In this document: piece by piece, positions 29,490 to 41,506 of the stretch
Layout: each line of letters starts with the position of its first letter
How positions within the stretch are numbered: the first letter of the stretch is position 1
From: Longimicrobiales bacterium
GTDB lineage: Bacteria; Gemmatimonadota; Gemmatimonadetes; Longimicrobiales; Gaopeijiaceae
NCBI GenBank assembly: GCA_965219445.1
Contig: CBDCNQ010000005.1
Location: 1,408,001-1,472,000, forward strand
Length of the DNA: 64,000 bases
Reading direction: 5' to 3'
Notes under the pieces: generated by a model
Told to the model about the DNA's origin: nothing
The model's database searches: none
The model's input: the letters and a program-made list of their open reading frames with translations, nothing else
Position numbers and translations under genes: made by a program

Positions 29490-31559
29490 CTACAGCGCCC
29501 CCGCGGCCCGGAGAAGTTCGACGAAGCCCTCCTCGCTCAGAATCACTACGCCGAGGTCGAGCCCCTTCTGGAGCTTGGACCCGGGGTTCTCCCCTACGAC
29601 CACATGGGTCGTCTCACTGCTCACCGAGCCGACGACCCGGCCGCCGTTTTCCTCGATCAAGCGCTTCGCGTCCGAGCGAGAGAACCGCTCGAGCCCCCCG
29701 GTGAATACGAACCTCATGCCCGTCAGCCCATCACCGCCTGCCCGCTCCGGGGCCACGAGAGCGTTCATGTGACCGATGACCGCTGCAATGCGTTCACGAT
29801 TTCGTTCGTCGTCGAGGAAGGCCCTGATCTGCTCCGACATGATCGGTCCGATCCCGTCCACCGCCTCAAGCTGCTCGACCGTGGCCCCTTGGAGGTCGTC
29901 GAAGGTCAGGAACTCCGCGGCGAGCGCCGCCGCAACCGTCGATCCCACCTCGGGGATTCCGAGACCGTACAGAAAGCGGGCGAGCCCCACCGTCTTCTTC
30001 TCCTCGATTGCCGAGGCGAGGTTTGCCGCGGACTTCTCGGCGAATCCTTCCAGTGGCTCCAGGTCCGCCGCCGTGAGCTTGAAGAGATCAGCAAGCTCTT
30101 TCACGAGCCCTCGTTCCACGAGAAGCGTGGCCGTCTCCTCTCCCAAACCCTCGATGTCGAGACCCGCCCTGGACCCAAAGTGGGTGAGCCCTCTCTTGAG
30201 CTGGGCCGTACACCCGAACCGGTTCGGGCAATAGCTGAACGGGCCGCTCTCTTGAACGGGCGTATCACAGGCGGGACAATTCGCCGGCATCCGGAAGGCC
30301 GCGCCCCGCTTCCTTCCGTCCTCCGCAACGCGCTCCACGACCTGCGGGATCACGTCGCCGGCACGCTGGATCCTGACGAGGTCCCCCTGGCGGATGTCCT
30401 TGCGGGCCACTTCCTCTCGATTATGCAGCGACGCGCGCGCGACGGTGACGCCACCGACCTCGACGGACCTCAAGAGGGCCACGGGTGTCAGCTTCCCGGT
30501 ACGACCCACCGAGACCGCAATCTTCTCGATGCGCGTAATTTCTCTCCGCGGCTCGAATTTATAGGCGAGGGCCCAACGAGGGTGGTGTGAAGTGGTTCCC
30601 AAATCCGCACGTGAGTCCAGGTCGTCGACCTTGATGACCACACCGTCGATCTCATAGTCGAGACCGTCCCGATCCGCCGCATACGTTTCGTGATATCCAA
30701 AAATGTCTTCGACCGTGGTAACCAGCGTCACTCGCTCCGGCGTCCTGAACCCCCATTCCCGTAGTGCCTGCAGGGCCTCGTGATCCGAAGCCAACTGGGT
30801 ACCGCGCACCATGAGAATGTCGTAGGCCAAAAGATCGAGGGGCCTCTCGGCGGTAAGGCGAGAGTCGAGTTGCCGAAGGGAGCCCGACGCCGAGTTGCGT
30901 GGATTCACATAGGGCTCCGAGCCCTGCTCGACCATACGCTCGTTGAGGGCCTCGAACGCCGAGAGATACATCATGACTTCCCCGCGAACGGCAAGCAGCG
31001 CCGGCACGGGCCGATCGGCTTCACGGAGTCGTAGGGGAAGGCTCGGAATGGTTCTCAAATTTTCTGTGACGAGTTCTCCGACGCGGCCGTTCCCGCGTGT
31101 CACCGCCCGTACGAACAGTCCCTCCTCATACACGAGCTCGATGGATGCCCCATCCAGCTTCGGCTCGAGGATGTATTGGGGCTCGTCCTCGAGTCCCCTT
31201 CGCACACGCTCATCGAAGCGTCGCACCTCGGCGGGATCCTGGGTCGAATCCAACGACAGCATCGCGACGCTGTGCTCCGCGTTGGGAAACGCACTTTGCG
31301 GCTCCGCACCCACCCGTTGGGTCGGCGAGTCCACGGTGATCAAGTGAGGATGGGAGGCCTCCAACGCCTGAAGCTCGACGAAGATCCGATCGTACTCCGT
31401 GTCGTCGATCTCCGGGCGGGATTCCACATGGTACAGGTAGGAATGTCGTCGAAGCTCGTCACGCATCTGCTCGAGGCGTTCAGCCACATCCGCGTCACTT
31501 GAATCGCCGTCCCCATCACGGCGAGACACGGCGTCGGCGCGCGGTGCATCGTCGGGCAT
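29490..31559 (-). CDS. ligA: NAD-dependent DNA ligase
   Basis: EPKLDG (KxDG), TRGNG, VRGEV, NPRN, IDGVVIK, RAGDVIP, C4 zinc finger, HhH, BRCT; start set at ATG 31559. Confidence 0.95.
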   Translation of the reverse strand: MPDDAPRADAVSRRDGDGDSSDADVAERLEQMRDELRRHSYLYHVESRPEIDDTEYDRIFVELQALEASHPHLITVDSPTQRVGAEPQSAFPNAEHSVAMLSLDSTQDPAEVRRFDERVRRGLEDEPQYILEPKLDGASIELVYEEGLFVRAVTRGNGRVGELVTENLRTIPSLPLRLREADRPVPALLAVRGEVMMYLSAFEALNERMVEQGSEPYVNPRNSASGSLRQLDSRLTAERPLDLLAYDILMVRGTQLASDHEALQALREWGFRTPERVTLVTTVEDIFGYHETYAADRDGLDYEIDGVVIKVDDLDSRADLGTTSHHPRWALAYKFEPRREITRIEKIAVSVGRTGKLTPVALLRSVEVGGVTVARASLHNREEVARKDIRQGDLVRIQRAGDVIPQVVERVAEDGRKRGAAFRMPANCPACDTPVQESGPFSYCPNRFGCTAQLKRGLTHFGSRAGLDIEGLGEETATLLVERGLVKELADLFKLTAADLEPLEGFAEKSAANLASAIEEKKTVGLARFLYGLGIPEVGSTVAAALAAEFLTFDDLQGATVEQLEAVDGIGPIMSEQIRAFLDDERNRERIAAVIGHMNALVAPERAGGDGLTGMRFVFTGGLERFSRSDAKRLIEENGGRVVGSVSSETTHVVVGENPGSKLQKGLDLGVVILSEEGFVELLRAAGAL

Positions 31560-31738
31560 CTCTGACCGCTTTGTGCTCAAAGAAGCTCCATTTCTTGGCG
31601 TGACGGCGAGGAATAGCACCGCTTTTCGAGGAGGAGCAGGGCGGTAGACACTTCTGGGACACGACACTAGTAACGTGGCGAATAGCAAGGGACCGGGACA
31701 GCCCTAGCGAGGGCCGATGTGGAGTCCTATAACTGGAC

Positions 31739-32974
31739 ATGACGCCCCTCGATATCGATCGGCTCCGGGCCGAGACCCCGGGCACGCGAAACGTCAATCA
31801 CCTCAACAACGCCGGGGCGGGCCTCATGCCGGATCCGGTGCGAGAAGTCGTCGTCGAGCACCTGGATCTGGAGGCGCGAATCGGGGGCTACGAGGCCGAG
31901 GCGGCTCGCCACTCCGAGGTCCAGTCCGTTTATGACTCGGTCGGCACGCTCATCGGAGCCGATCCCCAAAACGTGGCGATCACCGACAACGCTACGGGTG
32001 CCTTCATCCTAGCGCTCTCGGCCGTTCCCTTCGCCCCGGGCGACGTCGTCCTTACGACGCGGAACGATTATGTGTCCAACCAGATCATGTTCCTCTCGCT
32101 CGCCTCTCGCTTCGGTATCGAGGTCGTGCGAGCGCCAGACGAGCCCACCGGCGGAGTAGACGTCCAGGCTCTCGCTAAGCTCGTCCACAGAAAGCGGCCC
32201 AAGCTAGTGGCTGTCACGCACGTCCCGACGAGCTCGGGCCTGGTTCAGCGCGTAGCGGACGTCGGCACGATCTGTCGCGACCGTGAGATCCTCTACCTGG
32301 TCGACGCGTGTCAGTCCGTTGGACAGATGCCCGTCGATGTGGACGACATCGGGTGTGACTTCCTGACCGCGACTTCACGAAAGTTTCTGCGTGGGCCGCG
32401 GGGAGTCGGTTTCCTGTACGTCTCCGACCGTGCTCTCGAACTCGGGCTGGAGCCGCTCTTTCCCGACCTCCGCGGGGCGGACTGGATCGAGGGAGATCTC
32501 TATCAACCCGCTCCGGGTGCTCGGCGCTTCGAGAACTTCGAGGCGCCCGTGGCACTGGCGCTGGGCATGGGTCGGGCGGCCCGCTACGCAAACGATCTGG
32601 GCCTCGAGCTGATTCGGGAGCGTGCCTGGGCCCTCGCGAGATCGATGCGGGAGCGTCTCGCCGACGTGGGCGGCGTGCAGGTCCAAGACAAGGGTGAGGA
32701 GCGTTGCGCGATCGTGACCGTGTCCACCGAAGGTCACCATCCCTTGGACCTTCTGCGGGCCCTCAGGAAGGAGGGCATCAATACGTCACGCACCGGGCGA
32801 GATGCCGCCATCTTCGACTTCGATGAGAAGGGTGTGGACCAAGTGCTCCGGGTCTCACCCCATTACTACAACACCGAGGAGGAGATCGTAGCTTTCGTCG
32901 ATGCGCTGTCGCGTCTCATGACGACTTGGGCCCCGCAAGCGCCTCACGAGTTGCCCGATATCCCTCCTGGATGA
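31739..32974 (+). CDS. Class V PLP-dependent aminotransferase/lyase-like
   Basis: HLNNAG, VDACQS, SRKFLRGPRG, RVSPHYYN; lacks the RxGHHC catalytic Cys loop of SufS. Confidence 0.85.
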   Translation: MTPLDIDRLRAETPGTRNVNHLNNAGAGLMPDPVREVVVEHLDLEARIGGYEAEAARHSEVQSVYDSVGTLIGADPQNVAITDNATGAFILALSAVPFAPGDVVLTTRNDYVSNQIMFLSLASRFGIEVVRAPDEPTGGVDVQALAKLVHRKRPKLVAVTHVPTSSGLVQRVADVGTICRDREILYLVDACQSVGQMPVDVDDIGCDFLTATSRKFLRGPRGVGFLYVSDRALELGLEPLFPDLRGADWIEGDLYQPAPGARRFENFEAPVALALGMGRAARYANDLGLELIRERAWALARSMRERLADVGGVQVQDKGEERCAIVTVSTEGHHPLDLLRALRKEGINTSRTGRDAAIFDFDEKGVDQVLRVSPHYYNTEEEIVAFVDALSRLMTTWAPQAPHELPDIPPG

Positions 32975-33788
32975 AGAAGTGACGCCTTTCGAAGTCGAAC
33001 CCGTCGGTCTCATTGAAGTCCGGCTGCACATAGGTGAGCGGAACGCCGGTCCAGTTCCGTACCGACTCCCTCCTATTCTGGCCAGCCATAATGGAGAAGA
33101 CCCTCTGATGAACCGCGACCAGACCGCCGCCCATCACGGCTCGGGCATCGGCCTGCGGGCCGGCACCGACATCGATGGCGATGATCCGGGTGGCGCCCAT
33201 TTCCGCAGCTTTCCCGAGGGGAAGCATGTCCAACGCCCCCCCGTCGATGAACATACGCCCCCCCACCTCGGCCGGGGGAAAAACAACCGGCAACGCGGCT
33301 GACGCATAGACAGCATCGACCAGGGCCACATCCTGATCGCTCCCGTGACCGAACCAGACCATCTCGCCCGACGCCAAGTCCACCGTATTGACCATGAGAG
33401 GGATGGCCAGCTCGAGCCATTGCTCGGTCGGCAGAAGGTCCAGGATAAAACTCCGCAGCGTGTCGCCCCGGAACATGCTCGGGGATCGAATCCCGTTGAT
33501 CCATACAGCGCGGGGGTTTAGCCGCATGACGTCGCGCCGTCGGAAGCGTTCGGAGTGCTTCTCCATTTCCTCGACGGACCGCCCCCCGGCGAACGCTGCG
33601 CCCATCATTGCCCCGGTGCTCGTACCGATGATCCCGGCCACGGGAATTTTGGCCTCTTGAATCGCCTTCCAGGCCCCCACATGCGCGAACCCCTTGGCCG
33701 CCCCACCACCCATGATGACCCAGGTTCGAGAATGGGCCCCTCTTCCCTCCCCGGGAGGCTGGTTAGAGTCCTTCACTACTCGGACCAT
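32916..33788 (-). CDS. Patatin-like phospholipase
   Basis: GGGAAKG, GTSTG (GxSxG), ASAALP, DGG. Confidence 0.88.
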   Translation of the reverse strand: MVRVVKDSNQPPGEGRGAHSRTWVIMGGGAAKGFAHVGAWKAIQEAKIPVAGIIGTSTGAMMGAAFAGGRSVEEMEKHSERFRRRDVMRLNPRAVWINGIRSPSMFRGDTLRSFILDLLPTEQWLELAIPLMVNTVDLASGEMVWFGHGSDQDVALVDAVYASAALPVVFPPAEVGGRMFIDGGALDMLPLGKAAEMGATRIIAIDVGAGPQADARAVMGGGLVAVHQRVFSIMAGQNRRESVRNWTGVPLTYVQPDFNETDGFDFERRHFFIQEGYRATREALAGPKSS

Positions 33789-33807
33789 GCATGGAACCGT
33801 GCTTGGC

Positions 33808-33836
33808 TTGACGGTATGTTGCAGCCCATCTAGCTT
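33808..33836 (+). promoter_or_regulatory. Sigma70-type promoter of the suf operon
   Basis: TTGACG-N17-TAGCTT. Confidence 0.65.
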
Positions 33837-33840
33837 TCAC

Positions 33841-33860
33841 CTAAATGAGAATCATTCTCG
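33841..33860. promoter_or_regulatory. Fur-family operator (Fur box)
   Basis: TGAGAAT-C-ATTCTCG 7-1-7 palindrome; 14/19 match to GATAATGATAATCATTATC; AT-rich island in GC-rich DNA upstream of sufC. Confidence 0.75.
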
Positions 33861-33891
33861 ATAAGCCCCTCACAGCAGCCTTCGCCTCCAC

Positions 33892-34671
33892 ATGAGCGAT
33901 ACTCCTATCCTTACGATTACTGGCCTTCATGCCAAGGCTGAGGGCGAAGAATTAGACATCCTGAAGGGTGTGGATCTCGAACTTCAACCCGGTGAAATCC
34001 ATGCTATCATGGGACCCAATGGCTCCGGAAAGAGCACCCTCGCCAAGGTGTTGGCGGGGCATCCCGAATACGAAGTCACGGGCGGTGAAATCGTCTTCGA
34101 CGGCGCGTCTCTCCTTGATCTGGAGCCCAATGAGCGTGCTCTCGCGGGAGTCTTCCTGGCGTTCCAATATCCCGTCGAGATTCCCGGCGTCTCCATCGCA
34201 AACTTCTTGAGGTCGGCCCTGCAGGCCCGGCTCGAGGACGGCGAAGAGGTGGACCTCTTCGACTTCCAAGACGAGCTCATGGACCGGATGAAGCTCCTCG
34301 GTATGGAGCCGTCCTTCGCCGAGCGTCCCGTGAACGACGGATTCAGTGGCGGCGAGAAGAAGCGTAACGAAATCCTTCAGATGGCCGTGCTTCGCCCATC
34401 ATTCGCGCTCATGGATGAAACGGACTCGGGACTCGACATCGACGCTCTCCAGATCGTGGCACGGGGCGTAAATACGTTGCGGGAGGAAAATCCGGGGATG
34501 ACGATCCTCCTGATCACGCACTACCAACGCCTGCTCAACTTCATCACGCCGGACGTCGTTCACGTGATGGTCGGCGGCCGTATCGTTCGATCCGGCGGAC
34601 CCGAGGTGGCGATTGATCTGGAGGAGCAGGGATACGCCGACTGGAAGGAACAGGAGGTGGTGACCGCATAA
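33892..34671 (+). CDS. sufC: Fe-S cluster assembly ATPase
   Basis: [53 protein letters not shown]. Confidence 0.96.
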   Translation: MSDTPILTITGLHAKAEGEELDILKGVDLELQPGEIHAIMGPNGSGKSTLAKVLAGHPEYEVTGGEIVFDGASLLDLEPNERALAGVFLAFQYPVEIPGVSIANFLRSALQARLEDGEEVDLFDFQDELMDRMKLLGMEPSFAERPVNDGFSGGEKKRNEILQMAVLRPSFALMDETDSGLDIDALQIVARGVNTLREENPGMTILLITHYQRLLNFITPDVVHVMVGGRIVRSGGPEVAIDLEEQGYADWKEQEVVTA

Positions 34672-34755
34672 CGGACATCAACTGAGAACACGACGTCGTT
34701 TGAGAACACATTGGATCTTTGAGCCGCTCGCCGACTTCAGCAGGACTAGAGTGCC

Positions 34756-36170
34756 ATGCCAGAAAATGAACTAGTAGAAGGACTCGGCCTCGACGAATAC
34801 CAGTACGGGTTCGTCGATGATGAAGCGCACGTTTTCCGGACCAGACCCGGCCTGGACGAGGATATCGTGCGGCAGATTTCGAAGCACAAGGAGGAACCCG
34901 AGTGGATGCTCGAGTTCCGTCTGAAGGCGCTGAAGATCTACGAGCGGAAGCCGATGCCGACCTGGGGCGGCGACCTGTCGGATCTCGAGGCGACGCTCGA
35001 TGAGATCTACTTCTATGTGAAGCCACAGGATCAGATGGAGCGGTCCTGGGACGACGTGCCGGAGACGATCAAGAACACGTTCGAGCGCTTGGGCATCCCC
35101 GATGCGGAGCAAAAGCTCCTGGCAGGCGTCGGCGCGCAGTACGAGTCCGAGATGGTTTACCACTCCCTCAAGGAGGAGTGGTCGTCGAAGGGCGTGATCT
35201 TCGATTCGATCGAAGACGGGCTCAAGAACCACCCGGAGCTCTTCCGTGAGTATTTCGCGACCGTCATTCCCGCTGCAGACAACAAGTTCGCGGCGCTCAA
35301 CTCGGCGGTCTGGTCTGGGGGCTCGTTCGTCTACATTCCGAGGGGTGTGGAGCTCGAGACGCCGCTACAGGCGTACTTCCGGGTCAACCAAGAGCGCATG
35401 GGGCAGTTCGAGCGCACGCTGATCATCGTCGACGAGGGCGCTCACGCTCACTACATCGAGGGATGCACGGCGCCGGTCTATTCCACCGATTCGTTCCACT
35501 CCGGTGTGATCGAGATCGTGCTGAAGAGGGACGCGAGATTCCGCTACACGACCATCCAGAATTGGTCGAACAACATGTACAACCTCGTGACTCAACGCGC
35601 CTTGGTGAACCAAAACGCGAACATGGAGTGGCTCGACGGCAACCTCGGGTCCAAGCTCACGATGAAGTATCCGTCGTGCTATCTCGTGGGCGAGGGAGCA
35701 CACGGCGAGATCATGTCGATCGCATACGCCAGCGACGGGCAGCACCAAGATACCGGGGGCAAGGTTGTCCATGTGGCGCCGAACACGACGTCCTCGATCA
35801 TTTCGAAGTCGATCTCGAAGGGCCACGGCCGCTCATCGTATCGTGGCCTCTGCAAAGTGTACGAGGGTGCGGTCAACGCCCGCTCCAACGTCGAGTGTGA
35901 TGCGCTTCTCATCGACGCGACTTCGCGCACCGATACCTACCCGTATATCGAGATCGAAGAGCAGCAGGCGTCGGTGGGACACGAGGCCACCGTCTCCAAG
36001 GTAGGCGACGCTCAGCTCTTCTACCTCATGAGCCGCGGGCTGACAAAAGAGGAGGCCATGGCGCTCATCGTGCGTGGATTCATCGAGCCCATCGCCAAGG
36101 AGCTTCCGCTCGAGTACGCGGTCGAGCTCAACCGGCTCATCGAGCTCGAAATGGAGGGATCGGTCGGCTG

Positions 36171-36171
<1 letters not shown>
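34756..36171 (+). CDS. sufB: Fe-S cluster assembly scaffold
   Basis: [50 protein letters not shown]. Confidence 0.96.
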
Positions 36172-37521
<1,350 letters not shown>

Positions 37522-37529
<8 letters not shown>

Positions 37530-37851
37530 TGGAGGGGAGGGCGACGGCGCGTGGATAAGGGTCGCCGACCTCGGTGAGTGCGCGCCGGGCAACCTTTTGG
37601 AAGTAGAGGCCGGACCGGAAAGGATCGTCCTGGCCAACGTCGACGGAGATCTTTACGCCCTCGAGAATCGCTGCTCACATGAGGATCAACCGCTCTCCGA
37701 CGGAGAGCTGGACGGGGATCGATTGGAGTGCTTGTACCACGGTGCTCAATTCGACGTGTGCACGGGTAAAGCCATGGAGCTTCCGGCCGTCAAGCCGGTG
37801 GAAACGTTCACCGTCGAAATCCGGGGCCAAGACATCTACGTCCAGATCTAA
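37522..37851 (+). CDS. Rieske-type [2Fe-2S] ferredoxin
   Basis: CSH...CLYHG Rieske ligands; FDVCTG. Confidence 0.9.
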
Positions 37852-37894
37852 AGACGTCATCTTCTGAAGACGTCGAAGAGGTGAAGGAACTGAC

Positions 37895-39142
37895 ATGCCT
37901 ACCACCACTCCTGGACTCGAACGGACGGCCTTGAGGGATCAGTTCCCGATCCTGACCCAGGAGGTGGGCGGGCATCCGCTCGTATACCTGGACAACGCCG
38001 CAACATCGCAGAAGCCCCAAAGCGTGCTGGACGTCCTCTCGGAGTATTATGAGCAGGACAACGCCAATGTGCACCGCGGCATCCACGAGCTGAGCCGCCG
38101 AGCCACCATTGCCTTCGAGGGGGCACGCGTGAAGCTGGCGAAGTTCATCGGCGCGGCGGATTCGGCCGAATTGGTGTGGACCCGCGGCACCACGGAGGCC
38201 ATCAATTTGGTGGCGGGCAGTTGGGGGCTGGACACACTTGCTGAGGGCGACGAGATCCTTCTGAGCTCCTCGGAGCACCACTCCAACATCGTTCCATGGC
38301 AGTTGGTGGCCCGCCGTACCGGCGCCCGCCTCCGGTACATCGAGATGGACGAGCAGGGCCGACTGATCATCGACGATCTTCCTGGGCTGATTACGGATCG
38401 CACTCGGATGGTCTCCATATCCCATATCTCGAACGCGTTGGGGACGGTCAATCCGGTACGTGAGATCGTCGAGCAGGCCAAGAGGGTCGGGGCACTGGTG
38501 CTGGTCGACGGTGCCCAGGCGGTCCCCCACCGTCGGGTCGACGTTCAGGAACTCGGCTGCGACTTCTACGCGTTCTCGGGACACAAGATGTGTGGTCCCA
38601 CGGGGACGGGTGGCCTGTGGGCCCGGCGCTCGCTCCTCGAGTCGATGCCGCCGTACCACGGGGGGGGCGAGATGATTCGCATCGTCGGCCGTGAGGAGAG
38701 CACCTGGGCCGAGATTCCACACAAATTCGAGGCCGGCACGCCGAACATCGCGGGAGCCATTGCTCTGGGAGCGGCGGCAGACTTCCTCGACGAGGTCGGG
38801 TTCGACGCCATCGCCGAGCACGAAAGGGACTTGCTCGCCTACGCTCTCGGACGGCTCGACGACCTGGGGGGGATTCACATCTACGGGCCCACCGACTTGG
38901 ACGAACGGTCCGGCGTCATCTCATTCACCATGGGAGACGCCCACCCTCACGACATCTCGACGATCCTCGACTCCAAGGCGATCGCCATCCGCGCCGGTCA
39001 TCACTGCGCTCAACTCGTCATGCAGCACTTCGGGATCTCAGCCACCGCGCGCGCGAGCTTCTACCTCTACAACTCGAGGGACGACGTGGACCGTCTCGTT
39101 GAGGGCCTCGCCTCGGTGAAGGAGATTTTCGGACCGGCTTGA
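37895..39142 (+). CDS. sufS: Cysteine desulfurase (group II)
   Basis: YLDNAATSQKP, NVHRG, EHHSNIVPW, SGHKM, RAGHHCA. Confidence 0.96.
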   Translation: MPTTTPGLERTALRDQFPILTQEVGGHPLVYLDNAATSQKPQSVLDVLSEYYEQDNANVHRGIHELSRRATIAFEGARVKLAKFIGAADSAELVWTRGTTEAINLVAGSWGLDTLAEGDEILLSSSEHHSNIVPWQLVARRTGARLRYIEMDEQGRLIIDDLPGLITDRTRMVSISHISNALGTVNPVREIVEQAKRVGALVLVDGAQAVPHRRVDVQELGCDFYAFSGHKMCGPTGTGGLWARRSLLESMPPYHGGGEMIRIVGREESTWAEIPHKFEAGTPNIAGAIALGAAADFLDEVGFDAIAEHERDLLAYALGRLDDLGGIHIYGPTDLDERSGVISFTMGDAHPHDISTILDSKAIAIRAGHHCAQLVMQHFGISATARASFYLYNSRDDVDRLVEGLASVKEIFGPA

Positions 39143-39248
39143 AGGCGCGGAATGGAGCTCCGAATTCGGAGATCACCCGGCAACTCGAAATATCCGCATC
39201 GAGGCCGTATACTATGTTTGCTTAGCCCCCCCTTCTTGTGGCCGACTC

Positions 39249-39743
39249 ATGACGGAAGTCCCCTTAACCTCTCTCTACCAAGAGCTCATCCTCGAGCACT
39301 ACCGCCGCCCGCGGAACAAGGGGAAGCTGACCGATCACACCACGGCAGCGCACGTGGCCAATCCGGTGTGCGGCGACGAGGTCACCATTCAGATTCGTCT
39401 CGATGGGGAGCGAATCGAAAAGATCGCTTTCGACGGCCAGGGATGCTCGATCTCGCAAGCGTCCGTGTCGATGATGACCGACCTGGTCAAGGGGAGTGAG
39501 CGGAGCGAAGCCATTCGCCTGGCCGACCTCTTTACCGATATGATGCACGGCAGTGTGGGTGCCTCCTCCGATCGGTCCTTGGGGGACTTGCGCGCGTTAC
39601 AGGGCGTCTCGAAGTTCCCGGTGCGCATCCGGTGCGCACTGCTGGCCTTCGACGCGCTCCGCGAGGCACTCGGTAACGGGCTGGAAGCTGATCCAAGGGG
39701 GGAGACGATGGATCCCAAGGGGAGACGACACACTGATGGCTGA
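39249..39743 (+). CDS. sufU: SufU Fe-S assembly sulfur-transfer protein
   Basis: LYQELILEHY, NPVCGD, GCSISQAS, RIRCALL. Confidence 0.92.
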   Translation: MTEVPLTSLYQELILEHYRRPRNKGKLTDHTTAAHVANPVCGDEVTIQIRLDGERIEKIAFDGQGCSISQASVSMMTDLVKGSERSEAIRLADLFTDMMHGSVGASSDRSLGDLRALQGVSKFPVRIRCALLAFDALREALGNGLEADPRGETMDPKGRRHTDG

Positions 39744-40308
39744 GCATGAGAGCGCTTCCGCAGTTTACTCGGGAGTCTTGCACAACACGCCCGCCGGAGC
39801 CATCGCCGTCTGGGTCACCCGCAACGGGGTTCGCCGGATCGCTGGGGTCACTCCCGAGATGATCGAGGAGGGTCACTGGGATCCGGAGGGACACCGCACG
39901 CTCAGGGTCGCCCTTCACCAGCTCAATCAATACTTCAACCGGAAGAGAGAGCAGTTCCATCTTCCGCTCGATTTCTCCGGAGCCACTGAATTCCAGAAGC
40001 GCATTTTCGAGCGGCTGACTGAAATTCCCTATGGTCGCATCGTGTCGTACGGGGACATCGCCGACGAGATGGGAGTGGCCGGCGCCGCGCGGGCGGTCGG
40101 CCAGGCCGTGGGGGCCAACCCCCTTCCGATTGTCGTTCCGTGCCATCGCGTCATCCGAAGCGACGGCCGGCTGGGGGGCTATTCCGGAGGACTTCGCCAG
40201 AAGGTCGCCCTCCTTGCTGTCGAGGGTGTCGACGTCGACGGGCACCAGCCGGGGAGCCGAGTCCATCCGGAAGTGCTGCGGCTTCCGCTGTCGGACCTGC
40301 ATATGTGA
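39736..40308 (+). CDS. ogt: Methylated-DNA-protein-cysteine methyltransferase
   Basis: IPYG..SYG, ARAVG, NPLPIVVPCHRV, LGGYSGG; start ATG 39736 overlaps the sufU end. Confidence 0.92.
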   Translation: MAEHESASAVYSGVLHNTPAGAIAVWVTRNGVRRIAGVTPEMIEEGHWDPEGHRTLRVALHQLNQYFNRKREQFHLPLDFSGATEFQKRIFERLTEIPYGRIVSYGDIADEMGVAGAARAVGQAVGANPLPIVVPCHRVIRSDGRLGGYSGGLRQKVALLAVEGVDVDGHQPGSRVHPEVLRLPLSDLHM

Positions 40309-40571
40309 AGCTGCACCCATACCGACAACAATCGCACCTGTATGGAGCACACACACCGCGCCTCTGGACACCGGGGGCGTTCGACGCTCAGCAGATGACA
40401 GCCGCGAACCTTCGGCAGAATACCTTGTGCACGATGGCACCCCATCCTAGGCCGCTTGCCGGGAATGCAGCACCCTAGGTATCGTTTAGACAGTGACAAG
40501 AGATTCGAAAGAGTTGGATCGAAGCCGCGCCGAGCGAATTTCCGTGGAGTCGGCCCATTAGGAGTGTTGTT

Positions 40572-40967
40572 ATGCCCCAAGGACGCCGCGGCTTTACTCT
40601 GATCGAGCTTTTGCTCGTGCTGGTAATCACCGCGACCCTCGCTACGATCGCCATCCCCCAACTCTCGGGGGCCAGAGAAAAGGCGTTCATTGCCACGGTA
40701 ACGTCGGATCTCAAGATCATGGCCTCTCAAATGGAGATCTACCAGTCGGAGAATCAGATCTACCCGGCGAACGTCGCGTTGCTGACCAATCTTACGTTGA
40801 GCGACGGTGTCAACATCACCATCAACGAGTCCTCGGCTGGATCGGGCTGGGCCGCGACCGCATACCACAATGCGCTGACGGCACGTCAGTGTGGAATCTT
40901 CTACGGCAATGCATCGGCCAGCAACGCGGTTCCGGCGATTTCTCCGGGCACGGTCATATGCCAATGA
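40572..40967 (+). CDS. Type IV pilin-like protein
   Basis: RRG/FTLIELLLV class III signal with E5, hydrophobic helix, C-terminal Cys pair. Confidence 0.88.
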   Translation: MPQGRRGFTLIELLLVLVITATLATIAIPQLSGAREKAFIATVTSDLKIMASQMEIYQSENQIYPANVALLTNLTLSDGVNITINESSAGSGWAATAYHNALTARQCGIFYGNASASNAVPAISPGTVICQ

Positions 40968-40974
40968 GGGCTCC

Positions 40975-41433
40975 CTAAGTTCTCCTCGACGGCTGAGGTG
41001 GCCGAGCCGCTCCGCGGTCCTCTGCTGCCAGGCCCCCGCCAGATTCGGCCCGCCCACTTAGTGCCACCATCATCCTGTTAAAGCCCGTCTCGACCTCCTG
41101 CAAATACGTATCGGACTGTCGGAATCTCAAACGGTAATCCAAGTCGCCGTGCTCGACGTCCTTGAAGGCCCGTGTCAGATGCACCCACGGACCCGCCAGT
41201 CGATTGGTCGTGAAGATGGCGATCCCTATAGCCACCAATGCGATTATCGGCGTTCGGGTAAGAAGGAAAAACCAGACTTCGCGGTGCAACAATGGCGGCA
41301 CCAGGCCGCTCAGTATCATGCCGACGATGACGACCGGCGCCATCAGCACCACCACAACGACCCAGACGGCAGAGAACCAGAACACGGCTGGAAGGGTGTA
41401 CCTGAATCCGCTTCCAGGGATGTGCTTTTTCAT
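40975..41433 (-). CDS. Small two-TM HAMP-domain protein
   Basis: Two TM helices then RLAGP..L...GDL..RLRFRQSD....E..FNRM; no output domain. Confidence 0.7.
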   Translation of the reverse strand: MKKHIPGSGFRYTLPAVFWFSAVWVVVVVLMAPVVIVGMILSGLVPPLLHREVWFFLLTRTPIIALVAIGIAIFTTNRLAGPWVHLTRAFKDVEHGDLDYRLRFRQSDTYLQEVETGFNRMMVALSGRAESGGGLAAEDRGAARPPQPSRRT

Positions 41434-41506
41434 CTCGATCGCCCTCCCGCTGTGAGATCTCGAAAACCGCGGCTATTCCAACGGTAACAGGTGCAGTACG
41501 ACTTCT

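Noticed and set aside
31739..32974. Second cysteine desulfurase serving the suf operon
   Set aside because: Lacks the catalytic Cys loop motif; left as a generic class V PLP enzyme
32916..32974. 59-nt convergent overlap as an antisense regulatory device
   Set aside because: Most simply a stop-codon read-through extension with low-complexity tails
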